Positions 52,301-64,000 of a DNA stretch of 64,000 nucleotides are shown here, piece after piece. Position 1 is the stretch's first letter. Every line of letters starts with the position of its first letter. The stretch is from positions 11,402,716 to 11,466,715 of the forward strand of contig CP154954.1 in assembly GCA_039621445.1 (NCBI GenBank), read 5' to 3'. This stretch comes from Euglena gracilis. Taxonomy: Eukaryota. The translations under genes were made by a program, and so were the position numbers. Under the pieces are notes generated by a model. The model did no database searches. It was not told the DNA's origin and saw nothing but the letters and a program-made list of their open reading frames with translations.

Positions 52301-55300
52301 GGGGACGGGGTCGGGGGGGGGTCACCCCTGCGGGAGCCGGTCCGTCCCGGCCGTGGGACAACAGGTCGTCCTCCGCGGCGCTCTGCAGCAGCGGGGTGGG
52401 GTAGCACCGCTGGAAGCAGAGGTCCGCGCCGGGCGGGCGCCCCTTGCTCACGGAGACCCCACAAGCAAGGATGAGTCTTGGTCTTGTATTCTTGGGGGGG
52501 TACCAAGAGTGACCCAAGATTCTTGCCCCCCCACCCAAGACCCAAGATCTTGGGTGCAGGCAATGCGAATGTGAAGAAACAAGATGCTCAACACCAAGTC
52601 TTGGCCCTTGCCATCACATGCATGGTGCTTCACAAGGATCAAGATTTGCGTCGTTTTGCTAGGATCTCATCTAGCAACGCCTCCTGTTTAGCACGATGCT
52701 TTTCACGCAAAGCAGAGTTGCGCTCAGGCTGTTTTTTTTTTACCAACCCCGGGGGGGAGGGGGGTCAGAAGTGCCTTTGAGTGCCTGCCCAGGCAGGCAC
52801 TACCCCCCCGGGGGGGGGTTGGGTTTCGGCCTGTGCCCAGGCACTTTCCTTGGAAAATCGGCCATTTTAGGCCATTTTTTTTTGCCTTCCGGCGCCTTCG
52901 GCGCCAGGGTGCCTTGCCAGGCACTTTTGGCCAAGTTTGTTGGAGTGCCTTGGGGTGCCTGCCCACTAAAAAACAGCCTGGTTGCGCTTGGTCCTTTCTT
53001 AGGCGGCGCTAATTGCCCACCCGATTTTGGCGTTTTTTGGCTGTTTTGAACACAAAATAAAAGGGCACAAATTAGTAGGTTGAGAGGGGTGTGTGGCTGC
53101 TTTGGGCAATAATTTAACAGAAGTGGTTTTGTGCGGTATTCCGCTTAACCGATCTACGATTGTGTGTGCGTTGTGTGAGTTGGGGGTGTACTGGAACTGT
53201 TGTAAACGGCTTGAAAAACACCGAGTTTGAATGGGTGTGACACGGGGCTGTGTGTCCATGGTGTTAACCTGGTCGCAGATAATATGATAATGAGAAACCT
53301 TCTGTGACGAAAAAATTTTTCGGCCGGGGTCCCAAGACCCAAGAATCTTGTCATTCTTGGGTACCCCCCCAAGAAGCAAGATCTTGGGGGGGTAACCCAA
53401 GACCCAAGACTCATCCTTGGCACAAGAATTGGGGGGGGGGGCGAGGTATGGACCATCGAAAAATGCGATGCAAAACACGGAACAGAAAGCAGGTTCGATT
53501 TGATGCCATTTTTAGAGAAATACAAAAAAAACATCAAAAAGCGTTGTTTTGTTTCTGCAAGCTGATGCGAGAAACCTGGATTTGCTACTGAAAACGGCAT
53601 TTTTTTTGAAAAAGAAATTTTGGTCGCAGCGGATGCCGTGGAAAAATAAAAGGGTATAAAACTTTATTTCCGAGCAGAAATTGAAAATCACAAGAGAAAA
53701 ACAAACAAAAGCACAAAAAGTGGTGAAAATCAAATCCACGCGCGCGTGTTCCACTCATCTTTCACAAGGGTAAGAGTGACCGCACAGAGACAATTGGGAG
53801 GGGGCAGTAATGGTGGTGAACCCCGCAAACCGAAGCACTCGGCCCAAACCGCCCCACTGTGGAAGTCGTACAGGCGGTCCTTCAAGAACACGGTGGTGGA
53901 CTGGAAGGTCAACTCCTCTTGCTCCATCCAGTTCATGGCGGGGGGCAGGCGATGGCGGTCTGAGTGGGGACGGGACACCCATCCGTGGGACCCCCTGTTG
54001 CTGCCCTGGAAGTCGACAGACACCCCAGCGTCCGATGCAAAATCACGGAAATCACGGAGAGGCCAGGAACATACCGTTGCTTGCCAACCCCCCGGGGGGA
54101 GGGGGTCACTTTCCACTTTCAAAGAAACCAGTGAGTCACGTTTCACAAGCCAGACACCCACTTCCTCAGTCACTTTGGCTACCCAGCCAGAAAATGGCCA
54201 ACATAGCAAAGGATTTTTGTCAACCCCCCCAAAATTCTGGTGCCTGACACTTTCAGCCAATCCTGGCCGACCCTCCTCGGGGGGGTCGGACACACCCTGC
54301 GCAATGGTATGGTCCAGGCCGCGGCAATGTTCTACCCCCCCCCATGTCCAATGACCGGTAACCTCTGTCCTCTGACCGGGGGGGGGGTGGTCGTTGGACA
54401 TGGGGTCAAAAGAAAGTTGGTGGGTACCCGGGTCCCTACCCACCCAAAAATGCCCAAATTTTCCCTTCCGGCGCTTTGCGTCGAAAATTTTGGGCAATTT
54501 TGACAAATTTTTGTCCAAAGAGTGTTAAATTTTTGGCCAATTTTTGGGCAAAATTTTTCGTCCCGGCGTTTCACGCCGGGACCCAAAATTTGGTCAAACC
54601 TCCGAAAAAGTGTCCTCTGACCGGGGGGGGGTGGTCATTGGACATAGGGGGGTCGTTGGACATAGGGGGGGGGTACTGAGCGAGCCGTTGGCAGAAGGGT
54701 AGGCAAACGTCCACCTTGCCAAAAAAAACAACAACACCGTAACCCTCCCCAAAGTAACTTTGTCCCCGGTTTTGACCCCTAATCCCAATAATATTTGGGC
54801 AGTGCCCAAAACCATTGGCGGATTGATTGGCCACTTTTCCTAAAAAAAATTTGTCGTCAAATGTTGGTTTATGAACAAACATGAGGCAATGTAATGCTTC
54901 TGTTCATCAGCCAAAAGGACATTATGGCATTCCCGGCAATTTTTTTGCGCTCACCACCGCTTGGTTTTCCAAAATGATGCAGCATTTTTCCACATCTTCC
55001 CTTGTGAAGAGGGGCGGGGACAAAATATTTGGATGTATCTTCTTTTTCGGCCTTCCCCTGTAGAAAACTATTTAAATATGCAAGGCTTTAAGGCACTGCA
55101 AAATTATTGAGGGGTTTTCCTTCAACAAAAAAGACCCCAGAAAGGAGCCGCTGACCCGGGTTGTTTGCGTGCATACGTGTATGTGTGAGTGCGCGTACGT
55201 GCGTGCGTGTGTCGCTATGGCTGTGCTAATGGCGGTGACTGTGCTCGGGCAATGGAATAAATGTGCTGCCTTATAACCACGAGGATGGCGCCTTGTTCTA

Positions 55301-57543
55301 TGGGAATATGTGACCCAGTTTATCTGGAGCTTCACTCTTTTCAACGCCCTTCTGAATTCCTTTTTCTGTGGGAAAAGGTCATTTCAAGCAACAGAGGCAA
55401 ACTTCAAAAGGCTTAAAATGGGGAAAATACCAAACAATCCAAACAGACAGGCTAGATATCCAAAAAAGAACAACAATATTCTGCACCACGTTAACGGGCG
55501 CATTACTGGCAACTGCCTTTCCTTTCTCCCTCTGGCGTCAAAATCAACTTCTGAGAAATTTGTCTCTGGTAGGATAAACACTATTTCCACTTCATTTCTC
55601 ATTTCAGGAATATTGATACATTTCTTTCAGGCAGCTTTCTTCGGGCAGCTTTCGCTGGAAGAACAAAAATACGCCGCAGACAGGCATACTGTGCCGACTG
55701 GTCTGAGGGAAGAGGCGTTGGATGTGCGGAGCAACGATAATGTGTGGTCAGGTGGAGCCGCATAAGATAAGGGAGGATAGGCCAGGAGCGGAGGTACCAC
55801 GCTGGAGATAGACCAATGGACCCATTGACCTAATGAGAATCGACACCGATTAACCCCCCCCCCCCCACTTCCCACCCCCCCCCCCCCACCGATAACCCCC
55901 CCACCGATAACCCCCCCCCCCCCCGACCCATAACCCCCCCCCCCGCGAAAGAAAAATGAAAGCCGCCGGGGACGATTTTCTCAGCCGCAGACCACCCAAA
56001 AACTGATTTTTTGGCAATTTTTTTTTTGAGACCGACCAATTGCCATTTTTGAAGATAGTTTGCCGAAAATTGTCCATTTCGGGGGGGTTTCGGGGTCGTT
56101 TTGGGAGGTCGGATTTTCACCAACAATTCCGGGACCTATACCCCCCCACCTATAACCCCCCCCTTTGGCCGGCCAACCAAACCGGATCGCATAAACCCCG
56201 GGGGTTTATAAGTGGGGAGGTTTAGTTCAGCCCAGGGGTCTTTTAAGACGGGGGGGGAGGGGTCCCCCCCACCCACCCACCCTGGGGTGGCCCACCTTGA
56301 CAAGGGCGCTGTTTTTAGCATTTTCGCAATTTTTTTTGGCCATTGTCGGGGTCCCCCCAGGAGGGGTGGGATATACTTGAGGGCCCGAACCTCTTGGCGG
56401 CGGGGGGGGGGGGGGGGGGGGGGGGCCCAGACCCCCCCTTCGGCCAAAGACGGGGTGGGGGTTCTGGCCCCTTTTCTATCAAACCCAGGCGACAAATCCA
56501 CCGGGTGCCACCTTTCCGGGTGTATAGATGTTGTGGGCGGCTGAATATGATGCCCTAGAGCCGCACATTGCTCACAGCCCGGGGGGGGGGGGGGGCGGCA
56601 CCCCCGCTGTGCTCCGGCGGCTGCGGCCAGCCAGGGGGAGGGCGTCGGTGAGGCGGGGCTCCACAGAGGCAGTGGCGAGGACGGGGGTGGGGGGGGGGCG
56701 GGGCACGCTCCTGTCCAAAAGGCGGTCGCTGGAGCCGCGGGCGCGCCAGATGCTTTGCGTCGCAACAACAAACCGAAGCAAATGGATCATTTCGGATGGA
56801 GGGCGGGACCATAGGGTGGGACCATGGATTCGCTCAGTGACCCCCCGGGGGGCACTTTTCCCGGGACCCAAATCCACCCACCCACAACCCCCCCTCCCCC
56901 ACCAACCCCGAGGGTCAAATGCCCACCGACCCACACACCCAAAATCCCAAAATCGGCCGAAACCCTTAAAAATTTTCTCCCAGCGCAGCCTTTGGCCCGG
57001 CCAAAACCTGACCACGGCGCAACCCCCTCCCCGGGGAGGGGGGTCCAGCGGTCCCAACCCACCCACCACTCTCGACCCTCCCCCCTGTTGCACTGTGGCT
57101 GTTTTATTTGATACCCTCTCGAACCTCCCCCAGGAGGTGGTCACATGGGTGTAAGTGAATCTATGGGCGAGACCGTGTTCAGCCTCATTGTACTATAAAA
57201 AAGGTACACACCAGCCCCTGCCAGCCCCTGGGGGTTCTAGGAAAAATTTAAATCAGAATTACACCCATTTGGAGGGTTTAGGCCTAAGTTGAGCCGAACT
57301 GGGGAAAAACTATGCTTGAGGTCCAGCACACCCCCCCCCCCCTTTTCAAAACACAACGAGAAGTCTCTCTGATCAGGGCTGTGCTGGAGCCCACCTCGAC
57401 CAGATAGTCCACCAGAAGCACAAGAAGCAAAATTTGGGCTGCGTACATGCATGTTCTGCGGTTGCATGTTCTGCAGGAATGCATGCATGCACACATGGAC
57501 ACACATCCTAACACATAATCCATAACACACACACACACACACG

Positions 57544-57642
<99 letters not shown>

Positions 57643-59277
57643 CCACACGCAAACCCACACGCACGCACGCACACACGCACGCACACTCACTCTCTTACAC
57701 ACAGGTTCCATATTGATGCATGAGGAGACCGCTCAAGCAGTGGCGCGGCCCGTCTCAGCGGTGCCTTGCATGTAGATGCCAGACGGCGGCAAAAAGGGAG
57801 AGGAGCGGCGGGCCGAGCCGGGAGGTGGCGGTCGCATGCGGGGAAGAGAACACGACGTCCAAGTCAAGTCACCCGGGGTGTCCTTCTCATGTGACAGATG
57901 GTGCCGATATTCTGTTCTATTTTAACACATCTCATCTTATCCTATCCTACTCTATTCTGTTCAATTCTGCTCTATTCTGCGATGATGATATTATGATGAT
58001 GTTATGATTCCATGATTTGATGATATTATGATGATGTTATGATGATGTTATGATTCCATGATTTGATGATATTTATGATGAGGTTATGATGATGTTATGA
58101 TGATATTATGATGATGTTATGATGATATTATGATGATATTATGATGATGTTATGATGATATTATGATGATATTATGATGATATTATGATGATGTTATGAT
58201 GATATTATGATGATATTATGATGATGTTTTGATTCCATGATTTGATGATATTATATTCCATGATACTCTCTTATATTCTATTCTGTTCGATATATTTTCT
58301 TTACGTGACCCGACCCTGGAGGTTTCTGAGGCGCATTTTTTGAAAGGTGCCAGCCACAATCCTTCCTGCAAAAAGTCGGTCGGATCCATTCAGAAAAAAT
58401 ATTCTTCAGGTAGAAAAATACTGCTGCTTGCAATATGTTCAAAGCAAAACAGGCTGCGTTTCGGCGGTTTGGGCTTCGCATTTTCACTCAGGGGTCGGAG
58501 ACAATGTTGTGGAGACCGCGGAGAGCGTTTGACGCCCCAGTCTTGAGTCACGGCCCGGTCGCGAGCCCCGGGGGCGGGAGAGATCAATGCTACTGCGATC
58601 CCCCCGTGGCCGGGCGTGTGAAGAGCCCGGCGGTTTGCCGGTACGGCCGGGAGCGTGGAAGTAGGGCAGCCCAGCAGACAGCCCTAGGTCAGCTGGAGTT
58701 AGAATGCTAGGTGGAATGCATGCATGTTTAAATGAGGGGCTGACTTACTGACACGGGGGGGGGTGATACTTATCTGGGTTTCCAAACCCATCCATTTTTT
58801 TGAAAAATCCTTGACTTGAAAACATGCAAAATCCCTCTTCCCGGGAGAGGCACTCCCACAGGCCAAAGCATTGTTTGAAGACCTCCTGTGAACCCCATGG
58901 GCCCAGAGCTGGCGTTGAACCGGGTCCAGAAAAATGGAATGTGCAAAAAAGGTGCAAAAATAAAAAAAAATAAACGAAAAATCGTGCTTTTTGGCCCGAA
59001 ATGTGCCAGACTGACGTCGCCGTTTTTTTTTTAAGCCAACTTTGACCCCCATCCTCCAAGTTCCAAGTTCCAAAGCAATAATCGGTTACGGTGCAGTCTT
59101 CGGGTGGATGGACAAAAAATAAACTCCACGGGTGGAGGGAATGCTAGCCGGCAAAAGGTCTTTGGCTGGCTGGCTACCCCCCCCCTTTTTAGCACGACGA
59201 TGACAGTCTGAGAGGAGACGAGCATTCCCGGGTAAATCTGTAGCCTCGCTGTTCTTGTTCTTTTCAAACGCCTTCAT
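49320..59277 (-). CDS. Uncharacterised multi-exon protein (one TPGPG motif near the C-terminus)
   Basis: Coding-like GC3-rich segments: ~53959-53858 (AMNWMEQEELTFQSTTVFLKDRLYDFH), ~52424-52353 (DLCFQRCYPTPLLQSAAEDDLLSH), ~50711-50610 (AFPRGSAH...KERAKAERARE), ~49932-49850 (LLGDIEVCAKQFGKTYTKAKSKF), ~49452-49320 (VPKNTPGPGHWHRGPRPAYVNAHPDLKKELV...*). The start at 59277 (MKAFEKNKNSE) and exons at ~58500-58700, ~57770-57880, ~56600-56750 and ~55670-55810 are tentative. Confidence 0.5.
51204..51835 (+). mobile_element. MITE family B
   Basis: Full-length homologue of 28125-28696. Confidence 0.88.
52466..53419. mobile_element. Non-autonomous TIR element with CCCAAGA subterminal repeats
   Basis: TIR CAAGGATGAGTCTTGG ... 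CCAAGACTCATCCTTG; flanks CCACAAG / GCACAAG. Confidence 0.75.
52725..52980. mobile_element. hAT-like MITE, 8-bp TSD GTTGCGCT (nested)
   Basis: CAGGCTGTTTTT ... AAAAACAGCCTG; perfect TSD; lies inside the 52466-53419 element. Confidence 0.9.
54335..54673. mobile_element. TA-flanked MITE related to family B
   Basis: TA|CCCCCCCCCATGTCCAATGACC ... GGTCGTTGGACATAGGGGGGGGG|TA. Confidence 0.75.
55851..56224 (-). mobile_element. MITE family A
   Basis: Reverse-complement copy of 2845-3202. Confidence 0.8.
57527..57690. repeat. (CA)n microsatellite
   Basis: Direct inspection. Confidence 0.95.
57982..58265. repeat. 11-nt minisatellite ATGATGAT(A/G)TT
   Basis: Direct inspection. Confidence 0.9.
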
Positions 59278-59501
59278 CACAGGTTGCGAGGGAATCCTGT
59301 CAAGCTCCTCCGTGCGCCACGAGACCGGTGGAACAAATGCGCTTTGGATTCCAAGAAGCTGTCACGCAGGCCGCCCGTCACGAGCAGGGTTTGGCGTGGG
59401 GGCAAAGTGGGCCCCCCACCGGTGCCCCCCCCCCCGTCGGCTGGCTGCGTTCCGGGTCCGGGCCCGGCTGTCCGCTGCACAGAGGGTGGCCTGGGCCTCG
59501 C

Positions 59502-62500
59502 CTACTCCTTTGCAGCCCCCGTGAGGTCCAACACCAGCTTCGCCGTGATGCCGAAGCCTGTCAGCCAGAACGGCGCCCGGCTGTCTTGTGCCAACCCCGG
59601 GCCCCCCCGGGGGGCGGGGGGGGGGGGGCAGCACGGCAGCACACCGCCGGCGCATGGGACAGGAGGCAGAAGCCCAACCGGGAAACTGTATCCAGTCAGG
59701 TCACGGAGGACAGGAGAGGGGGGGGTAAATTAACCCCCCGCTCCTCCACGCCGTTGGCTTCAGGAAAGTTGGTGAGTACCCACCCCAAGCCAAATGAACA
59801 CTGCCCCCCCCCGTCTAAGCACCGGAAAAAGATGGGTAAGAACCAGGGGGGGGGGGTGCTCAATTCGCCAAAATATGGGTAAGAAGCAGGGGGGTGGTGT
59901 TTAGACAAGAGGGGCAATTTTGGGCTGCAAAAGAATTCCCTTTCGCGCCGAAAAGGAAATTTGCTCCTTATTTTGGTGGTCCACTGTTGCACTTGCAGGC
60001 ACTTGGGTGCAAAATCAACAATATCTTACCAAACCAGGCTTCAGAAATTTCCAAAATTTCGAATTTTGCGACAAATTTCTTTTAAAAAAAATCAAAAGAA
60101 GCCTCCCTGAGAAGATGACCTTTAAAAAGATGGGTAAGAACCGGGGGGTGCTGAGAAAAGGGTGGTGCTTAGACGGGGGGGGGTACAATGACAATGTAGA
60201 CAGTCTGGACAGGGAAATTCACTTGGGATGGGTTGTATGGGTATTTGCATTGTTTTAAATGGTGACAAACTTGACGGTACAACAACCCTGTTCATTGGGC
60301 AAGATTGGGCAAGGGGAGTTCATTAAACATGCGCCTGTGTGTACTGATGGGCCTTCTGGAAATCAAGGCCTTGGGGAGAAGAAATTCCGTCCTGTCTTTT
60401 GCTTTTTGATACTATGGGCAAAGAGGTCAATTTCTCGAGTAAAGCCAACTTGGGCGTAGCATGCAGAAATTCATAAAAAGTGACACGGGCGGAGATATTG
60501 GCCAGCCTTACAAGACAGGCAGATCAGCACGAGGGCCGGGAGGTTCTCGAAGTAGAGGCAGGTGGCTGCGGCCAGGGGTGGCGTGGGCTCGGCCGGACTG
60601 CTTTCGCGCCAATCGGGAAAGCCTTCCTTTTCTCTCCTGGACCCCGGGGTTCGGCCCACACCAGGTTGAGGTGTGTCCGCCCCCCCCCCCCCCAACCTTG
60701 GGGTGACTGACTGCATGTTTCCGAGCGACTGACTGTTTTCTGGCTCCAGACCTCCCACGTGGGTGGGGTTGGCCAACTTGAACCAAAGGGCCACCCGCAT
60801 GAAAGGCATCGGAAGTTTTTGAAAAAAATTGATATTCGAAAAAAAACTTGATCTTTGAATTGAATTTGAATGTTTGAACTTGAAAAAAGAGAAAAAGTTG
60901 GTATTCGAACCAGCCATTTTGTTTGGCCCGAGTGACCTGGCCCCCTGGGGGGTAGGGAGTAGCTGATGGCTTTAAAAAAAAGATTGACTCGTTTTTAAAA
61001 GTAAAATGTGACCTGCCCAGGGGGGGGGTAGAAAATGGTGAACTCCATGTTTCATCTTTGTTTCCCACTGGTAAGATTTTGCACCACAGGGGCTATTCAG
61101 AATTGGACTTATTCGAGTTTTTTTGGGTACATTTTCTTGTGCAGCACCTGAGTATTTGCACATTCTGTTTCAAAGCACAAATTTTTTCTTTTTGCTCTGA
61201 TCGACTGATGCATTTTCCCACTCCAGGACAATTGCGGAAATGCAGTGCGACACTGCATCAACGAGGGCGATGGCAAGGAATCAAAAACCTGAGTCGTTTT
61301 CCTTTCCAGATTGGCCTGCCCAAAAGAAAAGACAAACGAGGGCTCGAATCATTTGATAAAACACAAAATCCCCCCTCCCCGTCAGGAACCGTCACCTGAC
61401 AAGTTAGCGAGTATGGCCCAGATGACAACTTCCGAGCCTCAACACTCACTGGGTGGAACGCGGCGAACCTTTTGGGTGCCAATTTGGGTGCCAAACCTCA
61501 ACCCCAAATGTTTTCAAACAATTTCTTCAGAACAATTAAAACACGTAGGTGTTGTATTTGGTCATGTCTGCCAATTTTTTTTTTTTTGCAAAATTTTGTT
61601 CGTCGAGAAAACCATAAATGTCGCGAAAAAGAACGGCAAGCTATATTTCGACAGGATTACTCAATCAGGCCTCATCTGGGCTGGAAAGAGACATCACCTG
61701 ATGCCATTTTGCGTCGGTGCTTCAAATGCCTTGATGAAGCACCACGCCCCCCTGGTCGTCCCTGCGACCGCGATGATGGCCACCGCAATGACGGTGATGA
61801 GCACGGTGCTGGGGTCCACGTTGACCTTCATCGTGCCCATTGCAACCAGCGGTCCATTCTGCTGAAACCCGGAGGGCACAGGTGGGGCCCGGCTGTACTG
61901 TACTGTACTGTACTGTTCGTCAGGTGCCGCGCTGTGTTGAAAAAGTCTCACTTTCTTCGGGGGGTCCTCGGGGGATTTCCTTCTTTTTTGCGTTGCATTT
62001 TTCGAATACTTAAAAAACAATTTTTTGTTTTTTTTAAAAAAAAATCATTTTTTTTTTCCGGCAAATGTGCCGCCTAAAAACGTTTGGGCCTCGGGCACTG
62101 CTGTGTCCCCCCCCCCAACGGGCGACCCCGTGCAGGGGGTGGTTGTGAAAAAGACTCATCAATCATATCATTTATCACTCATCAATTATATCATTTGTAG
62201 AATTATATATAAGAAGACTTTTTTCTGGGAAATTATGACCTCTTTGGGCCATATACTTTCAGGTTGGCTTCAAAAAAAAAAAACACCTCAAAAACATCCA
62301 TTTCCCCTCCGGTTTGGAAAAAAATTCACGAGCAAAAAATTGTAAATGAGAAAAAAAGTGTACAAATGAAAAGCGCAAGAAAATAATTGCACCGAAAAAG
62401 AAGTTGGGACTCCAGTGCCACGGCATCAAGCAAGAAGGTGCGCAGACCACCACAGCGACACACTTGCATAGCTTTGCATGTGTGTAAGAAGGGAGTCCTG

Positions 62501-63129
62501 GCCTCATCGACGTAAGTGCCGTCTTCCAGTGACATCCTAGGCTCAATGCCGAACACATTGTTGCGGTCGGTGCCAGGGCGGAACGAACGTTACTCAGCGA
62601 CCCAAAAGCGGGCAGCCAAATGCTTGGACGTTGGCAGAGAATCAAAGAGGCTGCCCCGAGACGAGGCAAAGCGAAAAAAAAAGGAAATTCACAGCGTTTT
62701 CAAAGGAAGAGATGGCAGAAATGGGAACGGGCGACCAGAAGGTCCGGAATAAGCCTGTTTTGGGCCCGGGGGATCCCCGCCTGTTGTCACGCTTGGCTTG
62801 GCCCGAAACTTGCTGTGTGTGGCAGAAAAACAAAACACCTCTTCGGCGCCCCCAACCCTCTGGGCCTAGCCCCCCCCCCTGGTTGAGGCTTCATGGCCGG
62901 TGCTGACTTCGCTTCTGGCCCAGTCTGCTGTGTGGTGACTGGCCAGGGACCGACTTACCCCCCCGCCCGCAGGACGGTGGGCCCCCCTGCCCGAAGCTGC
63001 TGCGGGCGCCGCCGTCGAAGTAGTACCGCTCCCCCTCCATGACCTGCACGAACACGTCCTCCCCCCGCACCTGCACCGGGAACACCTCCAGCGGGGGGCA
63101 CGGCGGGGTTTGGGCGACGACGCGGCCCG
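59502..63129 (-). CDS. PSB33: TEF5/PSB33-like Rieske-type thylakoid protein, 3' part (5' exons beyond the window)
   Basis: Exons ~63129-62993 (LEVFPVQVRGEDVFVQ...GGARSSF), 62568-62503 (DRNNVFGIEP), 61858-61758 (hydrophobic VLITVIAVAIIAVAG), 60567-~60525 (TATCLYFENL), ~59570-59502 (FWLTGFGITAKL...KE*). Rieske-like C-terminal strand plus two hydrophobic helices, resembling green-algal TEF5 as I recall it; not checked by search. Confidence 0.68.
59804..60185. mobile_element. MITE
   Basis: CCCCCCCCCGTCTAAGCACC ... GGTGCTTAGACGGGGGGGGG|TA. Confidence 0.7.
60568..61757 (-). other. Nonconventional intron (TEF5/PSB33-like gene)
   Basis: 5' GAC-CAGGGGGGCGTGG ... CCACGCCACCCCTG-GCCGC 3'; in-frame AG-T-ATC. 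Confidence 0.85.
62569..62992 (-). other. Nonconventional intron (TEF5/PSB33-like gene)
   Basis: 5' GGG-CAGGGGGG ... CCGCCCTG-GCACC 3'; in-frame SSF|DRNN. Confidence 0.78.
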
Positions 63130-63209
63130 ACCGCCGGGCAATGGACACTGCCAAGAAACGGGACCAGGGGAACGCAACATAATAACACAGTGCATATGCT
63201 CCACATGCA

Positions 63210-63241
63210 ATATATATGTATATATGTATGTATGTATAAAA

Positions 63242-63274
<33 letters not shown>

Positions 63275-63500
63275 TGTATGTATGTATGTATGTATGTGTG
63301 TAATGTATGTATGTATGTATGTATGTATGTATGTATGTATGTATGTATGTATGTATGTATGTATGTATGTATGTATGTATGTATGTATGTATGTATGTAT
63401 GTATGTATGTATGTATGTATGTATGTATGTATGTATGTATGTATGTATGTATGTATGTATGTATGTATGTATGTATGTATGTATATATATAATATATATA
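63210..63500. repeat. (TATG)n microsatellite
   Basis: Direct inspection. Confidence 0.95.
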
Positions 63501-64000
63501 GTTAGGTTAGGTTTTGGATTTGGATTAGGGTTCGGGTGAAGGGTTAGGGATAGGGGAAATTAGGCAGTTGGACCGCATTTCGGCAGATTTTAGGACGAAT
63601 TTTCGGCCCAATCTTTTATATGAATTTCGACCTGATTTCGGCACAACTGTTTTCCTAAATCGTAACCCTAACCAGGGGCAGGGAGATATTCCGGTCGGCC
63701 AAAATTTTTATTCCGGTGTTTTATTCCGGTTTATTCCGGGTTATTCCGGTTTATTCCGGAATTTATTCCGGTTTATTTCGGTCAATTTCTGTCTGAATGG
63801 ACTTAGGATTTTTTCGAAGCACAACTGGGCCGAGGCACTCACCCGGCTTCAGGAATGGCGATGCATTCCTTGGTTGCCCAGCCCCGCCAAGTGGTCACTT
63901 TGCACTTGGAGATGCTGTGCAGACCGCACCACAACACACCTCCACCGTTTTGGGAAAAATAAGAAATAGGAAGCACAGATATTTTTTTCTGCATTGTGAA

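Noticed and set aside
62958-62992. Extending the TEF5-like exon to the GTAAG donor at ~62957
   Set aside because: There is no matching in-frame AG before DRNNVF; the stem-defined junction SSF|DRNN fits better.

Overview
This is eukaryotic nuclear DNA, almost certainly from a photosynthetic euglenid; the supplied ORF track is mostly artefact of GC/homopolymer repeats. By hand-splicing I reconstruct five intron-rich genes, all on the minus strand in tandem: the 3' part of a plastid TEF5/PSB33-like Rieske-type protein (>63129-59502), an uncharacterised protein (~59277-49320), an RRM protein (47851-~42700), a complete Ku80 (41280-13864, ~28 exons) and a complete erlin/SPFH protein (13506-51, 13 exons, 370 aa). 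About half of the introns are GT-AG or GC-AG. The rest are euglenid nonconventional introns whose ends base-pair, with a 5' N3-CAG ... CTG-N5 3' geometry. The introns are packed with MITEs (hAT-like, CAG...CTG ends with 8-bp TSDs; and TA-flanked Tc1/mariner-like), a 787-bp foldback and microsatellites. The main observation: the 3+5=8 nt overhang of the nonconventional introns equals the 8-bp TSD of the co-resident CAG...CTG MITEs, and several junctions retain a decayed 8-bp duplication. This suggests that these hAT MITEs generate scarless introns. All exon coordinates are hand-derived and need RNA-seq confirmation.
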